From Paecilomyces variotii (lineage: Eukaryota), in assembly GCA_004022145.1 (NCBI GenBank), contig RCNU01000012.1: 64,000 nucleotides of DNA; one strand, given 5' to 3'. The notes below the pieces were generated by a model. The model saw only the letters and a list, made by a program, of their open reading frames with translations. It was not told the origin of the DNA and searched no databases. Positions 10,586 through 21,643 of this stretch are shown in pieces (position 1 is the first letter of the stretch; the number at the start of each line of letters is the position of its first letter). A program made the position numbers and the translations under genes.

Positions 10586-13189
10586 GTCGCCAGGTCTTGT
10601 GCACTTCTCCGTCAGTGGCAGTCGACAATATCGACGGTATCACTATCCGCTTGCCCGGGAGACCGGTTGCAGCCCGCTGGCGACAGCGTATGCCGCGCAA
10701 CGTCCTCGAATGATCAGGAGGCGTCTCTTGTCCAGTGCACTGCTATCTGAACGCATCGAGCTCGCACACCGGGATGTAGGGGATATCGCACATCGGTCGA
10801 AGCGGGGGAGGAACGCGGTTCGAGAATACTGTTTGAAAGAGAATTTAGTGTGCAGCAGGCGACGTGGGACGAACGACCAATTCTCCAACAAGCGGCCAAT
10901 CGTGGAGAGGTCGTGACTAGAAGGCGGCAACAGGGTCAGTCAAGAGCATTGGAATAGGAAACCAGCACGCGATCCGAACGGCCACGGGGTCTCAATGGCT
11001 TATGGTGGTGTTTTCGGGATAGAGGAAGAGAGGCGAAGAAGCAGCCCAGCTCTCTCCACCCGTTCTTTTTTTCTTTCCTTTTTTTCTTTTCTCCTCTTGT
11101 ACCTTTTTAGTTTCTAGGACTCTGGATTCCGGACGGCATGCATAGACCAGGGGAAGCAAGCAGGGGCGTCGGAAGGCGTCTGCACAGAGACGTGACGGGG
11201 CCTCGGGGGAGGCAGTCGATGGGATGCGAAGAGTCAACTGAGAAATCTTTGATGAGGATGATAATGATGATGATGATGGATGGAATGTCGAATGTTCGAA
11301 GCGAGAAAGCGCCTGTCGGAGTAGGGCTCCGTGCTGCCTCAGGGCACCAATTGAAGGTCGATGGGGAGAGGAAGAGGCACAAGGTGCAGCGGTGGGATGC
11401 AGTCGGCGAGCGACGAAGTGGCCTTCCAGCCAGACGGTGCTCGCTACCGTTCGCTTCTTACTCTAGCTAGCAGCAAGTTAGACTACCTAATCCGTAGAGT
11501 AGTAATACTGCGTTGCGCTGCGATAACCCGCAAAGTCAATAATAATAATCATTAATTAATTCATTCCCTTCCTTCTAGCCAAATGCGATTTCGGAACGCT
11601 AATAATACGACGACCTCCTGAGGGCGATCTGGTGCCAGGTCCACTGTCTGCTAACTAACTATGTATTATTGTTATTATTTAACTACTTGTTGGAATAATA
11701 ATAAGGATAATATCCAGCCTGTCCTTTCCCCCTCTTCCATAAAGGGGATCTTACAGGGCCCCCAGTAAACCCAGCTGCGCTCCCACTATCCTCCTACTGG
11801 CAGCGTTCGTTTCCGCTATGATCTCAACAACTGATACGTTCCCTCGCCACGGGGCAAAGGGAGAGGGCCCCTAGCCTGCAGGGCCTCGCACTAAACGATC
11901 CAATGCTGGGAGTGGCTTTCATCACGACCTGGTCCATCCGGTGGCGGGGAACGCGAGAGGGACGAGACCGTTCATGAGATCTTCCTCGTGCTGGACGGAC
12001 ATGAGCCACGAGGGTACGAGTCGAATGTGCCGTTCTCCTCATCCTGAGCACTGCAGCCTCGTTAATAATAATGTTATCGCGAGGATGGAGAGGCCTCCGA
12101 GGACGGCACGGATCACTGGCACGAACAACCGCGGGAGCCTAGTTAAAGTTAAAAAAGCCATCTATGGATCATGCTAAAGGGCACTTTAAGGGCTCAAGGA
12201 CAGATCGAGTCTTTTTTGACACTTCTTCGCTTCCCCATTCCCTCGGTTCTTTGCCATCATCGTCCAGGCCACGGCATCGGAGGGGAACGATGGCTTTTGC
12301 CACTAGTGACCTTTTCTTCTGCTGCGGTGTGGATACATCGTCGCAGGGGGTAAACTCAGAGCCTTTCCCACGAGGCATCTCCCCTTTTTCTTAATACCTG
12401 CTTGGTCTATCGTGTCAAGTGATAGGCATTGATAGGACTGTGCTGACTCGAGAGCTGTCCTTTGCAAGAGCGCTAAGAGGAAAAAACGGCTGCACTGACC
12501 ACCCGAGCAAGGGCCGAGGAGAGCCCTCTCCGCCGCGTTGACTATCTATCATTTCTACGGGTAATTCCCTTTTTAGGTGCGATTATCAGTACGGAGTATA
12601 ATATTATTAAATTATTATTATCCACTGCCACTAGCAGATGAGACTAGTCGAGTAGTTAGTCAAAGGAACTACCTAGGTAGCCAGTTAGCTTAATTAACTA
12701 GATACTCTCGTTCCTTCTAGGAGGTTAACTTAGTTTGTTAGGGGAAGTCGATGAGATAAGCAGAAGCCTTGAAAGCATCTCGGGGTTTTGTTCTTCCGGA
12801 AATCAACATCACGCGTATCACGTGCCCCATGACGCGCCAGGCATCCAGTGCCGTCATGGCCGCAGCGAACCGAGAGAGATAACTACCTAGTACCTATCAT
12901 GCATCACGAGGGGACGACACAATAATACTGGTCATCCTGACCTCTCCTTCCTGAGAGTGACCTCCCCTCATATGAGGACTGCAGCGTTTTTGTTGTCCTT
13001 GTTGATGTCGGACATGTTCAACTGCAATGCCTGGCGTCTTCGTGCTTGATTCATCAACGGACCTTACTGACTTGAAGAGTGTTTGTGTGCTAGGGCGGCT
13101 GGAATGACTACAGCTTGCCGTCATTGTTACTGATAGTATCGCTTGTCTGCAGTTCACAGCGGTGCGTCTGATCTGACTGCTGGGCCAGC

Positions 13190-16108
13190 ATGATTGCCTC
13201 CAATTTACTGTCTCGCCTACTGCCGCCTACGGGGTCGCCTTCGGTCTACGAGGCCATACGCCAGAACGACGTGGAGTCCGACGCCTCTGATGTTGAAGAA
13301 CGTGCGGGAATGGCCCTCGATGAAGAGAACCTGCGAGAACGTTTCGATCATGATGGACTCGAAGAGGCACTGGCCAATGCGACGGACAGCCAGATGACAA
13401 CGCACAGCACGGCCTTCCTGGGCCAGGACCGTCCACGGGCGACGTCCGGAGACCGGCTGGACGCCCGGAGACCTACAAGGAGGAAGCTGTCTCGTCCCCG
13501 GTGGATGCAGACGTCCCAGAGAGAGCTGGAGGCAGACGAGGGCGATGAGGATGTCCCCGCGTCGTTGCTGGTCGAAGGGGGCGATGATGACTTCTCCAGA
13601 TCTCCTGGACCTCCGCCTCCTCATTCTATGATGGATCATGGACCTCCCGTCCCAGGGCCGTCGTCAAGAGATGACATAAACAAGTGGGAACGCGCCAGAG
13701 CGCAGCAACCGTTGCATCCCCCTTCACGGCATACCGCTTCTTCTGATAGATCTGCACCTGGACCGTATCCGAATCTAGCCTTGGTAGACCCAAAGCAAAA
13801 GGCGCTGTGGAGATGGGCGAACGTGGAGAACCTGGACAACTTTCTCGAAGACGTCTACGTATACTTTTTAGGAAATGGTATCTGGTGTATCATGCTGAGT
13901 CGGGCCCTCAATCTTCTGTAGGTCTACATGAGACCCTCGACACGCGTAGAAGCCACAAGCATGCTGACTCGTAATAGTACGCTCGGATTCGTCGTCGGTT
14001 TCACCACATTTCTGACTAGCTGTATCAACTACCACGACATCCGCGGCGCTAGGAAGTTGGACGATATCCTGGTCAAGAAATGCATGGTGAACATGTCCTC
14101 ATCCAAAACTCTTTTGCTATGGCTGTTCACTTTCTTCTGGATAGGGAAGCTGTTCCAGTATGTGCTGGATATCAGAAGGCTCCGCCACCTGCAAGATTTC
14201 TACTACTATCTGCTGGGGATCTCCGACGAAGATATTCAGACGATCTCTTGGCAGGAGGTCGTCAGTCGACTGATGGCGTTGAGGGACTCGAATCCCTCTA
14301 CTGCGGGTGCGGTGTCTGCAAAGCACCGTAAGTTCATGGGGAGTCAGTCTAAGCAGAGGATGGATGCGCACGACATCGCCAACCGATTAATGCGCAAGGA
14401 GAACTACCTCATTGCTCTGTTCAATAAAGATATCCTAGATCTAACACTGCCTATTCCGTTCCTTAGGAACAGGCAGCTGTTTTCACGCACGCTCGAATGG
14501 AATATCAACCTCTGCATTATGGATTATGTGTTTAACGAACAAGGCCAAGTGCGGCCCCTCTTCTTGAAAGATACGCATCGCAGGGCTCTTAGCGATGGAT
14601 TACGACGGCGTTTTCTCTTTGCGGGAATTATGAATATCTTTGTTTCTCCTTTTCTTGTCTTCTTTTTCCTGATGCATTACTTCTTCCGCTATTTTAACGA
14701 GTATCAGAAGAACCCCTCGCAGATTGGATCCCGCCAGTATACGCCTCTCGCTGAATGGAAGTTCCGCGAATTTAATGAGCTGTGGCATCTATTTCAGCGT
14801 CGGATCAACATGTCCTACCCCTTCGCTAATCGATATATCGACCAATTCCCGAAAGAGAAGACCGTCCAGTTAGCCCGCTTCGTCGCCTTCATCGCGGGAG
14901 CCTTGGCTTCGGTTCTTGCTCTGGCTTCTGTGGTGGATCCAGAGCTCTTTCTGGGTTTTGAGATCACCCATGATCGGACTGTATTGTTTTACCTCGGGCT
15001 TTTTGGGTCTATCTGGGCTGTGGCTCGTGGTATGGTCCCAGAGGACACGGACGTCTTCGATCCGGAGTTTGCCCTCCGTGAAGTTATCAACTTCACGCAC
15101 TACTTCCCCAGCCATTGGAATGGACGCCTTCATAGTGACGAAGTGAGGAAAGAGTTTGCGACTCTTTATCAGATGAAGATCGTTATTTTCCTCGAGGAGA
15201 TCCTGAGCATGATCTTTACGCCTTTCGTATTGTGGTTCAGCCTGCCGAAGTGCAGCGACCGCCTGATTGACTTCTTCAGGGAGTTCACCGTGCATGTGGA
15301 TGGACTGGGTTACGTCTGCTCGTTCGCCGTGTTCGACTTCAAGAAAGGCACCAATGCCATCTCGCAGGGTCGTGTCCCTCGACGAGAAGGTACTCAGGAT
15401 CTACGAGATGATTACTTCTCCACCAAGGATGGGAAGATGCTTGCATCGTATTACGGCTTCTTGGACAACTACGGCGCAAATCCACGAGCGGCAGCACATG
15501 GCCCTTCGAAAGCGCGACGGCCATTTCACCCCCCACCGTCATTTCCGACTCTTACATCGCCTCCGGGCGTTGAAGCGACCCCGCGCCCTGGCCGATGGGA
15601 TCCTGCGCAGAACCGACAGTCACCTGTCAACGGTCCTGGCTATCAATCGATAATGCGTGGGTCCCGCTTCGGACCTGGTCCTGGCGCTGCTGATCCCAAC
15701 TCACCAATGCCATCGATGCTTCTTGACCCTCATCATCAGCCTTCCGCTTCAGGCTTCCGATCTGTCAATCGTATGGCGCACTCGCGATATCGGCCATCCC
15801 GTCCATCTCACCCGGCAGCGGATCCTATCGATGATGAGGATGAACCGTCTAGTGAAGGGTATGGGAACCCGGCGACAACGCAAGCAGGACAGCCTACCGT
15901 GGCATCGAGCGGCGGAGTGGGAACCAGTGAGGGCAATCTCGAAGGGTCCTGGAAAACGCACTTGGCAGCCGAACCAGAAGACAGTGATGGGCCAGAGGAA
16001 GGAGAGAATGTTGATGCCATTGTGGGTGGTGCTGGAGTTCTTGGCCTGATCCATCAGTTCCAGAAAGTCACTAACGAAGGTCGCGGTGGGAAAACTGTCG
16101 GCATTTGA
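13190..16108 (+). CDS. atg9: Autophagy protein Atg9; intron 13918-13977
   Basis: [68 protein letters not shown] and DGKMLASY are Atg9 hallmarks. Confidence 0.96.
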
Positions 16109-16649
16109 GCCTTTGCGAAAGGAACTTAGTCTCGTCATCAACACTAGATAGCTATGACATTACCCTTATGCCTTACGATTGGACTCGGATAGGGATCGGA
16201 GATCGTCGATATTTCCAGTGAGTATCTAGGAGTCTAGGAGTTAGGGGCCTTGGTCGTATTTATAGAATATAGTCCCAAGTGATACGTTTACTGGGTAGTT
16301 ATTGGAGCAATATATGATACTTCAGATCCTAGGATATGCAAGACCAATATGAACCTCGTATATACTCTGGAAATACACTGATTGTAGCTTATAACCCAAT
16401 CACAGTAAGTGTAGTCTTAAGGCAGCAGCCTCGGATTTATGAACAGGACGTAAGGACTAAAGCCGAACGACATCAAGAACTATATAAACTTCATGCCATC
16501 AACTTTACTTTTTCGCGATTTTTGAATTTCTATTCGCAATATCCTGGATATAGTCTCAAATCAAGGGATTTATCTAATCCGGTTCACTGCTCATTCGTAG
16601 GCAAGAACATTCTGCTTATACTCTACAGACAGCTTCTTCTGTCGCAACC

Positions 16650-17606
16650 ATGCTACCCTTGATCACTCTCGAAGAGCACTACGTCTCTTCCAAAGTGCGC
16701 GAGGCCGAAACAGAAGACCACTACGCCGGCTTTCCCAGACATATCGTGACCAAATTACAATCACTCGACGATGAGCGCATACAAGATCTAGACAATGGAA
16801 ACGTTTCCCTTCAAGTCATCTCGCACGGTCCGGGCGATAGACCCCCGCATCTCTGCGTCTTAGCGAACGACGATCTTGCCTCTGCTATTTCCAGACATCC
16901 GACTCGACTAGCAGGTTTCGCAATGCTGCCTATGAGCGAGCCAGTCGCAGCGGCAAAGGAGCTGGAACGCTGTGTGCGCGAGCTCGGCTTCGTAGGCGCA
17001 TTGATCGATAACACTGCGAGCGGAGTATTTTACGACGATGAACGATTCTGGACCGTCTTCGAGAAAGCGCAGGAGTTAGATGTGCCAATTTATATCCACC
17101 CTACTTTCGCGGCTGATGGTGCCATGGAGCATTATCGGGGTAACTATGACGAGTCTATCGCTCTCGCTTTGAGCGCATACGGCTGGGGCTGGCATTCGGA
17201 AACGGCACTGCATATCCTCAAGCTATACGCCAGCGGACTCTTCGATCGCTTCCCCAATATCAAGGTCGTAATCGGTCACATGGGCGAAATGCTGCCGTTC
17301 AAGCTCGAGAGAGTAATCACCATCTCTCAGCGATGGGGGAGGGAAAGAGGACTACGGGAGGTATGGAGGGACAATATCTGGATCACGACGAGTGGGATGT
17401 TTGCGCTGCCGCCGTTGGCGTGTCTGTTGCAGACGACTTCGATTGAGCATGTGTTGTATAGTGTAGACTACCCGTTCTCGATGAATGAGAAGGGATTCCA
17501 GTTCTTTGAGGAGATTAGGAAAAGTGGACTGATTGCGGGGGAGGATTTGGAGAAATTTGCCTTTCGGAATGCGGAGAATTTACTCCATGTTAAAGCCAGT
17601 AGATAG
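16650..17606 (+). CDS. Amidohydrolase-2 family protein (ACMSD / aromatic acid decarboxylase-like), intronless, 318 aa
   Basis: ITLEEHY metal motif, ELERCVRELGFVGAL, VPIYIHP, GHMGEMLPF, WITTSG and YSVDYPF. Confidence 0.9.
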   Translation: MLPLITLEEHYVSSKVREAETEDHYAGFPRHIVTKLQSLDDERIQDLDNGNVSLQVISHGPGDRPPHLCVLANDDLASAISRHPTRLAGFAMLPMSEPVAAAKELERCVRELGFVGALIDNTASGVFYDDERFWTVFEKAQELDVPIYIHPTFAADGAMEHYRGNYDESIALALSAYGWGWHSETALHILKLYASGLFDRFPNIKVVIGHMGEMLPFKLERVITISQRWGRERGLREVWRDNIWITTSGMFALPPLACLLQTTSIEHVLYSVDYPFSMNEKGFQFFEEIRKSGLIAGEDLEKFAFRNAENLLHVKASR

Positions 17607-17639
17607 TAGAGATGAGTGATTTGGACATTTCTTGGAAGA

Positions 17640-18010
17640 CTGTGTTGCTGGGACTGGAGTACTATACCCGCTAATCAATATCAATGTCTTGCTGTTGCGA
17701 TCTACTCCCCATAGACTTGATATCTTGGTTCCTAAGGCAGCAGATAACTTGCAGGCTTTGAGCCTACTTGAAATCCTTGGCCCTAGAGATATAGCTGTTA
17801 AGGAGTATAGTGAGTGGCAGGTGTCGAATGTCGACAATGATACACTCAAAACTACAGCTTAAGAAGTGTGTGATTGATGTTCGAGAACGGTCTTGACCTT
17901 GAGCAAGTGTATAAGGACCAAGACCCAAATCTCTTCATTGAGAAAGGGAATAAGATCTTATATAGGCATCGCTCGACGTTTTGTAGACGATATCGGAAAG
18001 TGGGTTAAGA
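17640..18010 (+). pseudogene. Degenerate fragment of a fungal uncharacterised protein family
   Basis: Reads GPRDIAVKEYSEWQVSNVDNDTLK, then after a stop/frameshift ENGLDLEQVYKDQDPNLFIEKGI and GIARRFVDDIGKWVK. No start codon. Family recognised from memory only. Confidence 0.55.
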
Positions 18011-18059
18011 ACGGGAAGAGACCGATTCCTGTTTATGAAATTCTTTAGACTGAACGATA

Positions 18060-18585
18060 TTAATACCTAAGCATCGCCTATTCTTTGAGGAGGGTATTGA
18101 AACCACGCTCATACTAGATAATGTGGCTCTCGATTTTTGTGACGAACAAATCCATCGCGCATTGGTATTCGTATTTTGTCAAAGATATCTGGCGTAGTGT
18201 TGAACTTAATCGTCATTTCGAGGCCTTTGAGTAGGACAGGCGCCAGTCCGGTCAGCTCTCCCCGGTGTCATAAGATTCGTGAAGCCATACTTTTCAACAT
18301 TGATAAGGGACTCTCGGAAGGAGACAATCTCATCATCCAAGGTATTTCCGGCCAGTTCGATATCAAGGCGCCTTGTCTTTCCGTGATATAGATGAAATGC
18401 TTTTGCAAGTAAAGGGTTCCGTTTCTCTGTTTCCATCAAATAAAGCTGGAAGAGAGTTGATTTAAGAATCTGTTGCTTGATTTGGGCATGCTTCTCGAGG
18501 GTGCGGTGCGGATGGACCCAGTTATCTAGGTGGCTCTTTAAGAATATCTCATAGCATGTAAGGCGCCACTTGCGTCCTGCATGGA
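18060..18585 (-). pseudogene. Fragment of an APH/phosphotransferase-like (Aim9-like) gene
   Basis: QIKQQILKSTLFQLYLMETEKRNPLLAKAFHLYHGKTRRLDIELAGNTLDDEIVSFRESLINVE resembles the C-terminal part of fungal phosphotransferase-family proteins. The N-terminal part is missing. Confidence 0.55.
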
Positions 18586-18589
18586 ACCT

Positions 18590-19480
18590 CTAATTCGGTC
18601 TTTTCTTTGCTTCTTCATTCTCAATTGCAGCCCAGACAAGCTCTGCAATGTCATGGACTAGCATGTCTTCAGTCATAACGAAATCACTTTCTCCTTCTCC
18701 TGGTTCGGTCAAAAACAAAGATTTGAATGGGATGACTAAATCCCCTCCTGTGATAGTCGGTTCTTGGCCATTCTTGCCTTTTTTGATCAGAATCCTTTGT
18801 GTAATCTGGGGCGGTGATTGAGTATTGCAACGCCTATCTACAACTTGGCGTTGGTGCATAGTGATGTAGATATGTTGTGGAACTGGCTCTGTAACCCAAG
18901 ATTTTATTTCAATATTTCCCGAGCCTCGTTTTATATCAATCGTGATACCCATTTTCACGCGTCCTTTTGATGCATGTAGCCACCAAGTGATATCCTTTTC
19001 CAGCTTCGCAGCTGTCTCTGGATAGCCAACTTCTAAAGCCACCGTCGGAAACTGTCCTCCTTGCCTTACTGGCATCCATGCGCGATCCGCTTGTTTTTTT
19101 CGATCTTTACCATCAACACGGGTAGCTCCTAGATAATGTAGTCGACGGAAAACTTTCATTTGAGTGGCTAGGACCGTCAGCACTCCTTCAAATTTACCGG
19201 CGGCTTCTTCATGTGGTTGGCTAGGTATTTTCAAAATAAGAGTTTGAAGTTGTGAAGAGTAATCCAGACGGCCGGGCAATTGTTCGTCAAGTTCGTCAAT
19301 CACTTCTGATGGAAATGCTTTGATGACAACAAAACAGTCGTACGGTGATATAGGAGGCAAGAGACTTTCCAGACTGCATTGTGGATCGTAGCGAAAGACG
19401 GGCGTGTTAGGAGGAAGGTGCGAGAGAAACTCATTCTCTGCGTCCGACATGATACTCTCGTTTCCATATACAGGCGACAT
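18590..19480 (-). CDS. Fungal PD-(D/E)xK / Uma2-like nuclease-fold hypothetical protein, intronless
   Basis: Uninterrupted ORF with LILKIPSQPHE, KQADRAW, FPTVALEVGYPET, LEKDITWWL and LVIPFKSLFL. Start placed at MSPVY; the upstream in-frame ATG at 19612 is possible. Confidence 0.7.
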   Translation of the reverse strand: MSPVYGNESIMSDAENEFLSHLPPNTPVFRYDPQCSLESLLPPISPYDCFVVIKAFPSEVIDELDEQLPGRLDYSSQLQTLILKIPSQPHEEAAGKFEGVLTVLATQMKVFRRLHYLGATRVDGKDRKKQADRAWMPVRQGGQFPTVALEVGYPETAAKLEKDITWWLHASKGRVKMGITIDIKRGSGNIEIKSWVTEPVPQHIYITMHQRQVVDRRCNTQSPPQITQRILIKKGKNGQEPTITGGDLVIPFKSLFLTEPGEGESDFVMTEDMLVHDIAELVWAAIENEEAKKRPN

Positions 19481-21643
19481 TTTCCGTGCGTTGCTTTTCG
19501 CTTCAAGTTTTCTTGATAGTTTCAAATCAATGGGATCAGCCAAATACTTCAAAGAAGCAAAAAGAATAAAAAAGTCGCCACGAAACTTCGGAAATCCACA
19601 TCTCAGTGACATCACGATATATAGGCGGTGAGGAATCTGTATGTATACCTATTCCGCAAACTCTCTGCGAAGTGTTGAAGCTGTACCACATTTCTGGCCA
19701 CTGCGCGACGGCAATCTGTTGACCGTAAGTGGTTGGCGTGGTACATAAGCCATTCGTTTGTGATTCTCAGGTACCATGTCAGGATATCGTTTGGGCAAGG
19801 TAAGTTACCTAACTAGGTAGTAAGAGTGTGGAGGTATAACTGATTTCAAAGTTTCTTTGTTGTCATGTGTGTTTGGGTGATGACTTGCAGGTGTATAACT
19901 AGTTAACTACTCCGTATGTATTATTAAACAATAGCCTGATTACTACTACTAGGAGTGCTATAACTATTATTGTATATCAAGGGGGTATCGGGCGAGTCAG
20001 TTGGAGGAGGACGCTTTAGTCTTCGCATGGGCCGTAAATGAAGAATTTCGAACATCTAAGGTAGAGAGCTTCGCATAGCAAAGAGTAGGGACGATCTCGC
20101 CAGCAAGTATCCGCCATCATTCAAGTAGTAAAACTCCTGGAAAACCCCAAATCGTCAGAGTCTACGGTTGTTCAAATTCTTGAGTCAGGAAGACGCTGCT
20201 TACAGTTACAGCTGACTCGGATGTTGTTTCCCACCCTACATGTCAGCCCGACAAGTACATCTTGGCTTCATGTTAGAGCGTAAATATATGACCAATTCCA
20301 GGTAATCCCAGGCGGTTAAGGAAAGCAAGAATCCAGGGCGTTTCAATTCCATCTGTTAGTCCGACATTCTCGTTTGTTTGGGCTGCTCTTATCTCTTGGC
20401 AGATCTTGAGCAATGTCGGTCTAACTGGCCTTTTATGGTGAGACTTGTTTCGACTCCTGTTGTTGGCGCCTGGAATAAGAGATGACTATGTAGTTAACTT
20501 CACGCATAACTACTAGTACTCCGTGGCCCATGGTCTCGAACAATGCTGGTATCACGAATAGAAGAAGAGTACAACGTTATCTGCTGCGATACATTCTTGC
20601 CAAGAGGTTGAAACACTCGCGGTCCGAGGTATGTCAGTAAATAAATCCCCGCGTTAAGGCAATGTGTTTCTGCAATTTCCCATTTCCCCTCTTTTTGGGT
20701 TAAGCTAACCATATGTCTGGACATTATGAAGTCTGCTGGAACCGAACCATATTATTATCGGTGAGAGAGTCGTTTATTTTTTTGTTTATGTTTTATTTTA
20801 TATTTTTTCTTTGGTTCGGAAGAGCGGTATTAGACATTGAGAAAAGCGCAACTCCTGGTGCTTAGACCTGCAACTGTCATGCGTTTCGGCTTTTGCTGTA
20901 GTAGTGAAAGGATGTCTGGTTATTATTATTATTTAGGACGGCAGCATTGTATAAATCCACAAGAGGCTTGGCCTTGATTGATCAGCCAAAGCCAGCAAGC
21001 CACGAGGAGAAAAAATAGTAAACGTAGCCGCTGTTGCACTGCTTTTGGCGCAGTTTGTCCCACCACGGATCTCGGTAGTATAGCCAAGGGACCAGTATGG
21101 GCTAATAATAATAATAACGGGTTAAAGGGGAGAGCGAGTGGGACTGCTAAGGAGGCCGGTGCCTGATCTGGTTTTCGCTCATCGAGACATCTGGGACTCT
21201 GGGGCACGCGACCTGTCGGAGGCGTACTCTAAAGCTCGTAGAGGCTTCTTCAGGGATGCGACCTGTCCAAGGGATGCTGGCTGGAGTGCGGAGATACTGA
21301 TTGCTGACCCGGCTGGACTGTCTTGGCTCTTCTTGGGTGTCTGTATCGGTGTATCCAAACGACCACCACATCTCGCTGTGCTGGCTTTTTCTTCGTTTCC
21401 TGCCAGAGTCATAATTATTAATATGACCTGAGAGTTCCTGCGGTGTTCTTGCTCCCGGTCATTATTGGATGATCGACGGGCTGTGAATGTGTCGTCGCAG
21501 GCAACTTGTTCGTGACATCGTTCTGCACGACACGCCCTTGCCTGCGTGGAGAGCAAAGGGTTGACCGTGGCGGTTAAGGAGAGGGCACATCCCCCCAAGT
21601 CTCTCATTTTCCCTTCGCCGTCTACCCACCGACTGTGCCTGTC

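Noticed and set aside
16340-20800. Starship or other large mobile element
   Set aside because: No tyrosine recombinase captain gene, direct repeats or termini are visible in the window.
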